A stretch of DNA of 64,000 nucleotides from Dipteris shenzhenensis. Its lineage: Eukaryota. Location: the NCBI GenBank assembly GCA_047967505.1, contig CM106538.1. One strand, given 5' to 3'. The notes under the pieces were generated by a model. It was not told where the DNA came from. It did no database searches and saw only the letters and a list, made by a program, of their open reading frames with translations. The translations under genes were made by a program, and so were the position numbers. This document shows positions 10,692 to 22,420 of the stretch, one piece after another; position 1 is the stretch's first letter, and the number at the start of each line of letters is the position of its first letter.

Positions 10692-12800
10692 CTATTTCTC
10701 CCAGGGCCTGCCGATCCGAACTCTCTTTTTGATCTTGATTGGAGTCTTTTTCTTCCTTATTGGCTTGATGTCGACTGTCTTTTTATCAATGCTTGCCTCT
10801 GTTGCTTGTCTGGGAGGGGTATCCTTTTCTTCAGCTGTCTCCACATGTTCTTCTTCTTGGATTGTGTCGCTTGATGCAATCATGGGTGGCTCTTGAAACC
10901 TTATGAGCATGTGTTTTCCATAGCCCTCCAGACATTTGGGCTCCTTAACACCACATGCTAATGTATAAGAAGTGTAAGACAAAAAGTAAGAGGCCCTAGA
11001 GGCCAGCTTATTCACATAATCTCCAAATATATCTATGGCAGACAACCTCTCTATCAAAATGATCTTTTCCTTTTGCCATGAAAGATCATGTCCACCTAAA
11101 ACCCTAGACAAACATTTAAAGAAGTAAACAATGGCTTCTCCATTGTTCCTCAACTACCTATGGTAAATCAAGATCTTAGTACTGCCTAGATCATGAATAT
11201 AATGAGCTAGGCTTGACAATTTGCCAAACCCAGCCAGCCTGCTTCCACTTGATCTCTGGAGGAATGTGTCATCCTCAATTTGTAGCTGCCACATATCAAA
11301 AGATTGGAGTGAGACAATACACAACCTACAAAACATTTAAGCAGAAGATAAAGTATTTGATTTGAAGTAACAAGATCGTACCTTCTCATTTTCATCAGCA
11401 ACAAGCAGTTCATCTTTCCAAAGATTTATTTCTCTCCCCTCCAGTCCAGCCTCTTATTTAAGCTTTCCTGTGTATAGTGCTGAGAGATTCATAGCTTCCT
11501 GTGTGAGCTAGAAGGCAGCTTCACTTGGCTCTTGGAACTTTTCAGCCTCTTTGAAACAAATAGTAAGGGCCTCTATAGGATCAAAAATTGTTTCCAAAGC
11601 TAGTAGTGAATGGTCATCCTCTATGCCAACCTCCTTGTCAAGCCTTGAAGCCTGGGCAAAGCACATCTTGGGGTGTCTTGGAGCAGTGGATGAGGGTGAT
11701 TAAGATGGGTGATTAAGATAGTAATAAGAAAATGTAGTCTCATTGCAAGGAAATAATATTCCACTTATCCTGGAAAATGGAAAATGTATTTGAGAGTACA
11801 TTTCTTTGAGTAAATTCCAAACTAACCACCGCACTTATTTTTGTAAATCCCAAATGATAAACCCCATGCTTGTTTTTAGTATATCCCAAAAAACCTATGC
11901 ATTGGTTTTATTAAATCCCATAATGAATCCACAAATCCATAAATCCATTCATTTTGTAATAATAGAAGTAAACCACCATGCTAGTGGCTATTAATATCCT
12001 AGTGTACAACCAACCACCATGATGGTGACCACTTATCCCGTAGTATTGCCATGCTATCCTAAAATGTGTTGCACAGTGATATACTAAAACAGTCCTCTTT
12101 CAACTGGTTATCTTTAACTTTCATATTTCAACCACCGGGATACTTAAAACATTTAAGTATTAACATGGAAGCAAGTTTTGACACAAAATCAGGTATTACG
12201 AGCACCAAGATCATGGTTGATGGTAGTTCAACAAAGTCCACAAATCCAAAAATGCCTGCAGGATTTTTATTTTTCAAAAATACACTGACATTTTGCGGCT
12301 CAAGGAAATTCCAAACTCCCAAAAATCTTATTAACCTCTCTATAGCAAGCATCTCCCAGCTCTTTAGGCTAGTCTTATGAACTATCGCAGACCTCATTAC
12401 ACACTTGGACCAAGAACTTCTTGCTTGCCACTGCCGACTTGTATGCCCATCATAACTCCTCCTTTCAGTCAGGGTTCTTCATCCTGGTATTGGTGCTCTA
12501 TACAACTTCACACTGCCATCATGTCCTACCAAAAGAAGCCTACATCATGAGCTTGACAAAGTAGCTATTTTCCTCCCTCATCTCTGGGTCTATTTCTGTG
12601 AGGAGGTCATCCAACATTGTTCTCATATAGAACATGAGCATTCCAAAGTATTTTGGGTATGCCATAGATGTGTAGTAGGTGGATCGGTGTACAGAGTTTT
12701 GGGGCTTGATTTCATAATGGGATCTTAGTTGTGTCCACATTGCACTTAAATAGGGTGAGAGTTCATTGAGCCCATCCTTCTCATTCTTCTTTCATACATC
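10692..12800 (-). pseudogene. One or two decayed protein-coding genes of unknown family
   Basis: Stop-interrupted, protein-like frames at 10692-11336 (adjacent in-frame ORFs) and 12128-12740. No motif recognised. Confidence 0.35.
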
Positions 12801-13954
12801 CTTACATTTCCATCTCTCATCATTCGACTCTTGAATCAAAATATTTTGTCTCACATTAGTTGTTTAATCAAAATCTTCCATCTTAGATTATGGTCCTTGG
12901 CCTATCAAAGGACACTATCTAGTAGTCACATAGTGGAGAAAACATCAATTCAGTCACTTTAGAAATATTATAATATTGCTCACTATATACAGATACATAT
13001 ATTATAGGCTTAGGCTTGGCCTCTTTTTATTTGAGCTCCTTGTCTTTTGAAAATTTTGCCCAATGGCAAATTGAGATGCAACGTCCACTTTCTCATCATA
13101 GATAGCTTTAGTAGGAAGACACATTTGAACTGTCCATGACCGGGGCAATGGAAAATGACATTCTCTACATACCGATCTTGCATGCACAAACACCCCAAAG
13201 CAAAAAACATGCACAAGGTAGTAGCTTGTGGGCCATCGGATCATCCAGTCATCTATGATGGGGGTATGGCAGACCATACATTCCGGACCCTACTGCATAG
13301 TAGGATAAGCATCCACCGATTTAACTATTGCAACCATCAATACCACAATCTTGCTTTGTACATGATGAAGTTGCTTCTTGATTCCTTCCTTCCTCATCCT
13401 AAGGCTGCAAATGTAATCCTTCATCTCCTCCACTCTTTGCTCACTTCATGCAATAGCTTTATCTGATTCCCTCAGCATCTCTTAAAGATGCTTAAATTTC
13501 TCAAAAACATCAACATGGGCTGTTTCCAAGACTTCTACTCTAGTTTGGAAATCTCTCACAATGGACTACTTTTCAAAGCTTTTGAAAGACACTGCAATCT
13601 CATGCACAACCCTATCATAATCTTGTTGTAGGGTCTTGACAAAATATGAAGAGGGGAGAGGAGAAGAGTGGAGATGAGGAGAGAGGGCACAGCTAGAGAG
13701 CACACCACAAATGACTAACTGTACACTAGAATTAGTTGAAAAAATAGAATATATACAAACCCTTTTAGGGTTAGGGTTAGGGGATCTAACCCTTTCCTTT
13801 ATAGCACTCTATAAGGTTAGTGCTATGCACATATGATCACGTGATGTTGAGCGTGAACTCTCAACACCTTCCCTCAAGATCAACATCATGAAGTAGGCCT
13901 TCCCTCAAGATGATGATTCTGGGGAATCGAAGAAGGACTGAGCATTACATTCCA

Positions 13955-15043
13955 TCACACCCCTTTAATGGGAATGTCCTTCCTCTGCGTCAAACCAAGA
14001 GCTAGTCGGTGTTTCTCGAATAGCTCTTTACCGAGTGGTTTGGTAAAGATGTCTGCAACATTTTCTTTGCTATCACAATGCTGCAGTGTGATGTCACCAA
14101 GTAACACTCTTTCTCTGATGAAGTGCTCTCTGACATCAATGTGCTTTGTTCTGGAGTGATATACTGGATTTTTGGCCAATGCTTGAGCCGATTGATTATC
14201 ACAGTATATTGTTGTTGGCTTTGACTCATCAAAGTAATGTTTTTCTGACAATAGTCTTCTGAGCCATATAGCCTCACATGCACCTGTAGTGAGTGCTCTA
14301 TATTCTGCTTCACTTGAAGACAAAGAAACAGTTGGTTGTTTGTTTGACAACCATGATATAGCACCTTGACCAAGGAAAAATGCATATCCTTGTGTCGATC
14401 TCCTGGTCTCATGATCTCCAGCATAGTCACTGTCACAGTATCCATGCAACCGTGGATGACTTCCTCTGTATTCTATCCCAAATTGTCTTGTACCTCTGAT
14501 GTATCTCAAGACTCTTTTGGCTGCATTCCAGTGAGACTGTTTTAAATTTGCCATAAACTGTGCTAGTGAGCTTATTGCATAACAAATATCTGGCCGTGTG
14601 ATTGTCAGATATATAAGAGATCCAATGAGTTGCCTGTAGTATCTGTCATTGATGGTAGGCTTTTCTGAATCTTTAGTAAGTTTCAAACTCTGTTCCATGG
14701 GAGTGGCTGCAATCTTGCAATCTGCCATATGAAACTTCTTCAGGAGACTGTCAACATATTTGAGCTGACTCATAAATGTGCTATCTGAATCTCTCCAGAA
14801 CTCAATTCCAAGACAATAGTGCATAAGTCCAAGATCTTTCATGTCGAACTCTGCAGATAAGTCTTGTTTTAGCTTGCTGATGAAGCTATCCTTGCTTCCT
14901 GTCACAATCAGATCATCTACGTACAAAAGTGCAATAGTAATATCTTCCCCTTGAACTTTGTAGTAGAGAGTATGATCTGCATTGGACTTCATGTATCCCA
15001 GATCAGCAAAATACTTGTCAATTCTGCTGTACCAACTTCTGGG
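13955..15043 (-). pseudogene. pol: Copia A pol, C-terminal part: reverse transcriptase (YVDD) and RNase H
   Basis: LLYVDDL, TRPDI, GYCDSDY, EAEY, YCDNQSA, ADIFTK. Confidence 0.95.
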
Positions 15044-16096
15044 ATTGTTGGGTCTACTTTCTGAAAGAGAAATCTGAAGTGTTTGCCAGATTTCAAGAAT
15101 TCAAAGCCATGGTAGAAAACCAAACAGGCAGAAAGATCAAGGTCATGAGATCAGACAGAGGAGGTGAATACATGTCTTCAGCCTTCATGAACTTTTGCAA
15201 AACTCACGGCATTCGAAGACAATTCACATGTGCAGATACTCCTCAGCAAAATGCAATAGCTGAAAGGAAGAATGGGACTTTAGCAGAAAGTGCTAGAGCA
15301 ATGCTTAGTGAAAAGCATCTTCCGAATCAGTATTGGGCAGAAGCAATAGCTACAGCTAACTACTTGCTTAATCGGCTTCCTACCGAACCGATACAAGGAA
15401 TGACTCCTTATGAAGCATTCACTGGACACAAGCCACGCATTGGGCATCTCCGCATATTTGGTTGCATAGCATATGCCCACATACATGATGATCATCGCAG
15501 GAAATTGGATGCGAAGTCACGCAAATGCATCATGGTTGGCTACAGTGAAGAAAGTAAAGCATACAAATTGTATGATCCCATCAACCGCAAAGTCATTATC
15601 TCCAGAGATTTAATCTTCGATGAGGAATCAGAATGGAAAACCTCACCTACACCGGAGATAGAAGCATCGACTTCACAGTCATCTACAGAACAGGTTGATG
15701 AAGAAGAGCAAGAATTGCCAGCAACACCCCAATCAGCGTCACAGCAGCTCAGACGGTCTACTAGGGAAAGCAGACCACCAGCCAGATTGACATATGCTCA
15801 GAAAGGCAAAGCAATTCAGGTGGAAACCACCAACTATGCTCTTATGACTACCATCATGGCTACAGAACAGCCCGTGTACTTCGAAGACGCAGTAGATAAG
15901 CCAGAATGGCAAACTGCAATGAATGAAGAAATGGATGCTTTGTATAAAAACAACACTTGGGAATTATGCGACCTTCCACCAGGAAAGAAGGCCATAGCCA
16001 ACAAATGGGTATACAAAGTGAAGTACAATCCAGATGGCAGTATTCAGAGATATAAAGCCAGATTAGTTGCAAAAGGATTTGCACAACAATATGGCA
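15044..16096 (+). pseudogene. pol: Inverted internal segment of copia A pol: integrase core/C-terminus and start of RT
   Basis: YCWVYFLKEKSEVF..RSDRGGEY..PQQNAIAERKN..RYKARLVAKGF reads on the + strand, while the rest of the element is on the - strand. Confidence 0.95.
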
Positions 16097-17956
16097 ATCT
16101 GCTGTAGTCGTCGATGAAGGTCAAGTAATAAAGTGAACCATTGATGTTGCGGGTCTGGGCATAACCCCATACATCTGTATGAATTAAATCAAGAATACCT
16201 CGTGCACGAGAGGTACTTCTGACAAAGTTGGTTCGCTTTTGTTTGCCGAAGCAGCATGCTTCACAAACTTTTCCAAGAAACTGTAGCTTCGGAATCCCAA
16301 TTGCCATATTTTGATTCTTGAGATCTAACAAGTACTTGAAGTTGACATGACCATATCTCTTGTGCCATTTTGCAGATAGTGGCATCTGTTGCATTTGAGC
16401 GGACATGGCATGCTTATCTGGTACTGTAGCTAGCATCCTGTATAAGCGTCCTTCCTTGACACCTTTTGCTACTAGCTGACCTCTTTTGGATTTGTCTCTG
16501 ATAGTGCATTCATCACCGTCGAAGATGACTTTGTAGTTGTGTTCCGTCATTTGACCTACTGACAAAAGGTTCTTGCTGAGCTTCGGAACATAGAGCACAT
16601 CTTTGACTAATCCTTTTGTACCAGTGAAATTGTTCATAGGGATAACACCTGTCCCTTGAACCGGATTCGGTGTATTGTCTGCTATATAGATGACATTCTT
16701 TTGACCTTCTAATGGCTTCATTTCTGTGAACCATTCCTGATGATTTGTCATATGAGATGATGCACCACTGTCGATGTACCAAGGATCCTGTTCCACTTGG
16801 TCGACTTGATAACTGAAATCTTCTTTGGGATTGAAATCAGTGTCTAGGTGCATTGTATCAGTCTGATGCAATTCCTCATTTGCAAGAAACATATTGCCAT
16901 GTTCATTTGCAAAATGACTGTGACTAGAATGTCCACCACGATGATTTCCTCTTCCTCGAGAATTCCCTCGATTAGTGCTGGATTGACCGCTTTGGTCATA
17001 CTGCTTCTTGCGGCAATCTCTTTCATAGTGTCCAAACTTGTGACAATAGTTGCATTGAATGTTTGACACATTGGTGGATGCATTCCCTCGTCCTTGGAAT
17101 CTTCCTCTGTTGGAATGATTTCCTCTTTGCTGATTTTGATGTTGCTGAGGATGCTGCTGATGCTGATGCTGATTCTGACTTTGATTTTGACCACTTTTCT
17201 GATATGATCTACCTCTGTTTCTGCCTTTGCCTCTGCTTCTGTCTGAAGCGGTGAATGCCTGATCATTAGAATGACCTTTACGTGCTTGAATGGCTTGAGT
17301 CCTGAGTTCTTCACCAAGTAGAACTGACTGAAGTTCTTCTAGTGTTGGAATTTGCCGTTGGATGGCAATACTCTGGACCAGATTCTCATATCCTTCTCCT
17401 AGTCCATTCAGGATTACTTGAACCATTTCTGCGGGATTCATAGTCTCTCCTGCTGCTGCAAGTTGATTGTTGTAGTCTTTGATGCGGAGTACATAAGCAT
17501 GACCGGTTTCATTGCTATTGCGGAAACTCTGGTTGATCTGGTTTCTCAAGGTGAGAATCCTGGATGTGTTCTTGGACTCGTAGAGAGCTGCGAACATATC
17601 CCATGCTTATTTTGATGTCTTGACTGTGTTGAGCTGTCCTAGCATGACATCTTGCACATTCTGCTTGATCAGGTGATAGGCATACTTGTCTTTCTTATCC
17701 CATTCTACTTGAGCTCGGGCAATGGCAGGATCTGCGTAGATGTAGATCCCGATGTAGATCCCGTTGCTGGTGCTGTGACAACAGATGGAGTAGAGCTACT
17801 GGTGGCTGGATCGGCCAATGGTCTAGGTATGGATCCATCGACATACTCCCATTTGTCCTGAAGCACAAGAATGGTCTCCATTCGGTATTTCCATGTACCG
17901 TAATTGGAGTTGTCTAACTTAGCAGATGCCTCCAGATTGAGGTTGCTAGTCGACAT
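16097..17956 (-). pseudogene. gag-pol: Copia A gag, protease and integrase N-terminus
   Basis: MSTSNLN..KLDNSNYGTWKYRM, CCHC knuckle CNYCHKFGHYERDC, protease WYIDSGASSHM, HHCC (WHKRYGH..CEAC), HTDVWG..FIDDYSR. Frameshift ~17730 and TAA stop ~17608. Confidence 0.95.
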
Positions 17957-18829
17957 GGTGCAAACAATGTACTCAAAAAGTGTCCTGGAAAACTCTGTAT
18001 GAATCAACTGCAAATACACTGAAGATGCCAAGTGAAATCTCTGTACCGTCGGTGAAGATAGAACTGCAGTAAATAAGATCTGACCTGTGTTACAAGGCTT
18101 GTGGCAATGATGCCGGGAATAGCCAAGAGGCTTTACAAGGCTGAAAATGATGTGCACGATGCCGTGAGATAGCCAAATAGGCTTTACAATGGTGGCATGT
18201 GTGTGTGAAATCAAGTGCTATCTGCCCACTGAATCAATCTGCAATGCCTCTGAACTCTGAAGTATGCTCACTGAACTGATGAACGTAAGGTTTCAGGTAA
18301 TGCAATGATGTGAAATCGGATGTGAGCATATGGACTGACTCCGAGTAGGTACTAGTCGGGAATTTCGGGCATGGCTTAGATTGGCAACTTGGGGAATTCA
18401 AAGCGTCCCCTCTATGGCGATCTAGTCTACTCTGATCTAGATCTAAACCAACCGTCGATCGATGAAAGAACAGCAAATAATTCCTTTTCCTTTGTTCTTT
18501 TTAAGTGCTGGGTCAGATGCGTCGATGTAGAGGCAAATGTGCGTGAAGGAAGTGGTTTTGTCAGCGAGGCTCAAATGTGAGTGTAACTTGCACTGAAATG
18601 TGCGCGTGATGTAACGAGCGCGTAGAGCACGAAAAATCGAGCGACTTTCCTTTTTGGAGCACCCTCAAATTCTTCTTGGATCAAGAGATATGACTTGATC
18701 TAGGTGGAGGGGCAAAAGGAGTGCAAATGGTGCTCAATGATGATGTGTCACTGTGAGTCACATGCAGTGATGATGTGGCACTGTGCTTAGCAAGAGGTGT
18801 GCCAGTGAAGCTCTGTGCTGAGGTGGCAG

Positions 18830-19100
18830 TGCTGAGGTGTCACTGATGACGTGGCACTGATGACGTGGCACAGATGACGTGGCACAGATGACGTGGCCTG
18901 ATGACATGGCACAAGTGACGTGGTAGATGACGTGGCACAGATGACGTGGCCTGATGACATGGCACAAGTGACGTGGCAGATGACGTGGCCAGATGATGTG
19001 GCACAAGTGACGTGGAAGATGACGTGGCCTGATGACGTGTCACTGATGACGTGGCAGGTGACGTGGCAGATAGGATTGGCAGATGGATAAGGGCCACGTG
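18830..19100. promoter_or_regulatory. Tandem array of TGACGTGG(C) motifs (ABRE/bZIP-type ACGT cores) in the 5' leader of copia A
   Basis: About 13 copies of TGACGTGG within ~240 bp, in 12-14 bp units. Confidence 0.6.
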
Positions 19101-21559
19101 TCACAAGGAGGACGATCGGAATCTTTGAGATTCTGACGGAATCTCAAAGATTCCGTCTTCTTCTTCGATGGAGCTCTGTGAGCCTTGGAGATGGCGCCGT
19201 TGATGGACTGGCAAGATCGATGGAGCCCGTTGGCTTGTTGGAGTGCTTGCACAGGGACTGTTGTCGCTCGTAGTCGCTCGTCGTTAATGGAGCTTAGTTG
19301 AAGGAGCCGCCGTTCGAGGCATTGTAGGAGGCGTCGCTCGACGAAGAGGCTTGGAGCGCTGCACGAAGGAGGTCGCTGGCACTGAGGCTGCGTCAGAGTC
19401 GATGGAGTTTGTGGGTGTTGATGGAGAGGTCGTAGTTACTGTTGAAGAAGGCTGAGAGCCTTGTTATGGCGTTGGCGCTGTTTTGAGTTGGAGGAGCGTT
19501 GAAGCTGGCTGCAACTCTTGGCTGTCGATGGAGTTCGTGGGTGTTGATGGAGAGGTCGTAGTTACTGTTGAAGAAGGCTGAGAGCCTTGTTATGGCGTTG
19601 GCGCTGTTTTGAGTTGGAGGCTCACAAGCTGCAGTCGTCCTTAGTCATGGCTATGGACCAAGAGGCGTTATGCAGCTTGCTAGCATTTGGAGGTACTGGA
19701 GCGGCCGTTGTAGCATGAAGAAGAACTCGCTCTCTCTCTCTCCAAAAACAGATCTCGCAAGATCTCACTCATAGCAGAAATCTCTCAGCATAGTTCTCTC
19801 ATGAAACTTTTCAAGAGCTCTCTCAATGAATCCTCTCACAAACTAGATCTCTCTCTCTCACTCTATGAAGGAAATTCTTCTCAATGAGAAGGAAATTTCT
19901 CTCTTTCAATGAACGGTTCTATGAAGGAAATTCTTCTCAATGAGAAGGAAATTTCTCTCTTTCAATGAACGGAAATCCTTCACTCAAGAACAAATGACGG
20001 AAATCTTCTTCCGATGGACGGAATTTTCTCTCAACGGAAGAGAATGGAACACTCAATCTCTCTCAATCTCTCAATCACTCTCAAGAAACTCAATGTCTCA
20101 ACGGAAGACAAGGGAGCTCTGATACCATGACAAAATATGAAGAGGGGAGAGGAGAAGAGTGGAGATGAGGAGAGAGGGCACAGCTAGAGAGCACACCACA
20201 AATGACTAACTGTACACTAGAATTAGTTGAAAAAATAGAATATATACAAACCCTTTTAGGGTTAGGGTTAGGGGATCTAACCCTTTCCTTTATAGCACTC
20301 TATAAGGTTAGTGCTATGCACATATGATCACGTGATGTTGAGCGTGAACTCTCAACAGGTCTTGTAGCTTACTCTTTAAACTTCCAACTGTGTTTTGAAA
20401 AAACAACCCCCACTGTGGCTACTACAATTTGCTTCACCATGGGATGTTCTCTGCATCCTCTTGGCCTAGAGAGCCACCTCATTGTCTTCTCCACCTTGGC
20501 TGGTCTTTGCCCCATCCATCTCGGCCTTGAAGCTCTCTTGTAGATCCTGCATCATCATTATCACTATCACTCTGTCCCTATCACTTCTAACTTCTTCAAG
20601 CCTATCTCAGAGCTCATCGATGCACTTCTCTGCTTCTTCCCTTTTATGCATTTCTATGTTGACCATTTTCTCTTGTGCCTGAAATGCCCTCGCGTCTACC
20701 TCTACCTTGAATTTTGCACCCTCCTTAAGAATTTTCTCAAGTTGCACTGTGTTTGCTGCATCGGTGGCTTTCTCTTGTAGAAAAGTTATCTTCTGATACA
20801 TTTTCTTATTGTATTGCTTAAAAATCCATTTGAGGGTAGATGTCATCAGGTGCATTGCAACTCCAGTGGATTGAGATGACAATTGGGATTTGCCATCCAT
20901 ACAATTCTTCAGGTTGGTTATCATGCTCTTAGAGAATGGCCTTGAGAAAGACACATCAAGTCCTTTCAATTGCTCTACTAACAGCTTGAACCTACCAAAA
21001 ATTCACGGTTCCTCTTGTATCAGGAAAGAAGTGCAATGTCATCTTCAACACATCTTGGAGGTCTGTTGGCAAGTTAGAAAGCTTGACTCCACCATCTTTA
21101 CTAATCTAAGCATTGGGGTATACCTCTAGAATATCATGCCTCTTCCACTGTTTCTCAAAGAACTATGCTTGCAAATTGCCTCCAAGAATGCCTAGCGCAT
21201 TTTCAATCACACTTTTCTCGCACTATGCTACAGATGGGGAGGAAAGATTGTGTGAGAAGTTCCCAAAATATGCAAGGTCCATTATGAGAGGGGATAGAAG
21301 TTCGAGAGGAAGAGTGCAAGGGAGATAGAAATGGTTGAGAGGGATAGAAGATGAAACAGTGAAGAAAATGGAACAGTGGAGGCTTAATTTTGTAGTTTGG
21401 GTGAAAGGGAGAAGGAACTGGTCGAGAGGAATAGAAGATGAAATAGTGAAGGGAATGAAATGGATTGGGCTTAAGTTTCTAGCCCACTACAAGGAACTGT
21501 CAAGGTGAGAGCCACTGTGGTGGTTGGCCCAAATTTTGATTAATTTAAGGTGGCAGTAC

Positions 21560-22420
21560 TACCGTGCATGGTAATGAGTGATTAGATGTGGTGGAGTCTA
21601 AGATTTACCAACCACGTATGTGGTGGCGACTAAGATTCCATTGGGTTGGTAGTTAATTATCAACCACCACAGCGGCCTGCAATTACTCATCTAACAATTA
21701 CCAACATCGAGCTTGCATGCATCATTACTACGAGTGTAGTATATTACAATCACTAGGCTTGCATGCTTAGTAGAGTAATAGAGTGCATGGTAATGAGTGA
21801 TTAGAGGTGATCAGACTTCATGATTTACTTTTGTGGCAGTTACTGCCTAATGGTGGTGGCTCTCATCAGCCATGTCGGTGGTGGCTTAGATGCCACCGGG
21901 CTGGCAGTTAATTACTAGCCACCGTAGTGGCCTACAATTACTCACCTACTAGTTACCACAAATAGGATTGCATGCAAGATTACTATGAGTGCAGTAAATT
22001 CCTAGTCATCGGGCTTGCATGGTACTAGAGTACATGGCAATGAGTGATTAGAGGTGATTAGGCTTCATGATTTACTTTTGTGGTAGTTACTATCCAATGG
22101 TGGTGGCTCTCATCAGCCACATCTATGGTGGCTAAGATGCCATTGGGCTGGTAGCTAATTACCAGCCACTGCAGTGTCCCGCAATTACTCACCTTCCAGT
22201 TACCACCAACGAGCTTGCATGCATGATTACTACAAGTGCAGTAAATTATTAGTCACCAGGCTTGCATGCTCTCAGTAGAGTACTAGAGTGCATGGTAATG
22301 ATTGATTAGAGGTGATTAGGCATTGTAATTTACTTTTGTGGATGGTGGTGGCTCTCATCAATCACGTCTATCATGGCTAAGATTCCACCGGGCTGGAAAT
22401 TAATTACCAGCCACTGCTGT
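21560..22420. repeat. Degenerate tandem repeat, about 4 units of ~215-260 bp
   Basis: GTGCATGGTAATGAGTGATTAGAGGTG-like anchor recurs at ~21565, 21782, 22030 and 22288. Confidence 0.75.

Larger units (their letters stand above)
13637..20357 (-). mobile_element. Ty1/copia LTR retrotransposon A (young, full-length ends, internally rearranged)
   Basis: 230-bp LTRs at 13637-13866 and 20128-20357 (TG..CA, identical by eye). TSD GGTCT. PBS tRNA-iMet (gctctgatacca, 20116-20127). PPT at 13867-13877. Confidence 0.97.
13002..21130 (-). pseudogene. Coiled-coil protein with degenerate C-terminal RING-H2-like finger, split by a copia insertion
   Basis: With 13637-20362 removed, the frame reads ..LKSKLQD/LQQDYDRVVHE..RVEEMKDYICSLRMRKE..GPECMVC..PTSYYLVHVFC..VCRECHFPLP, with stops and a frameshift. 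The start is uncertain. Confidence 0.5.

Noticed and set aside
13763-13783. TTAGGG repeats as an interstitial telomere
   Set aside because: Only about three units, and they are an integral part of the A/B family LTR.
16044-16107. Overlapping convergent genes (ends of the 517-aa and 342-aa ORFs)
   Set aside because: The overlap is read-through across the inversion junction of a single pol gene.
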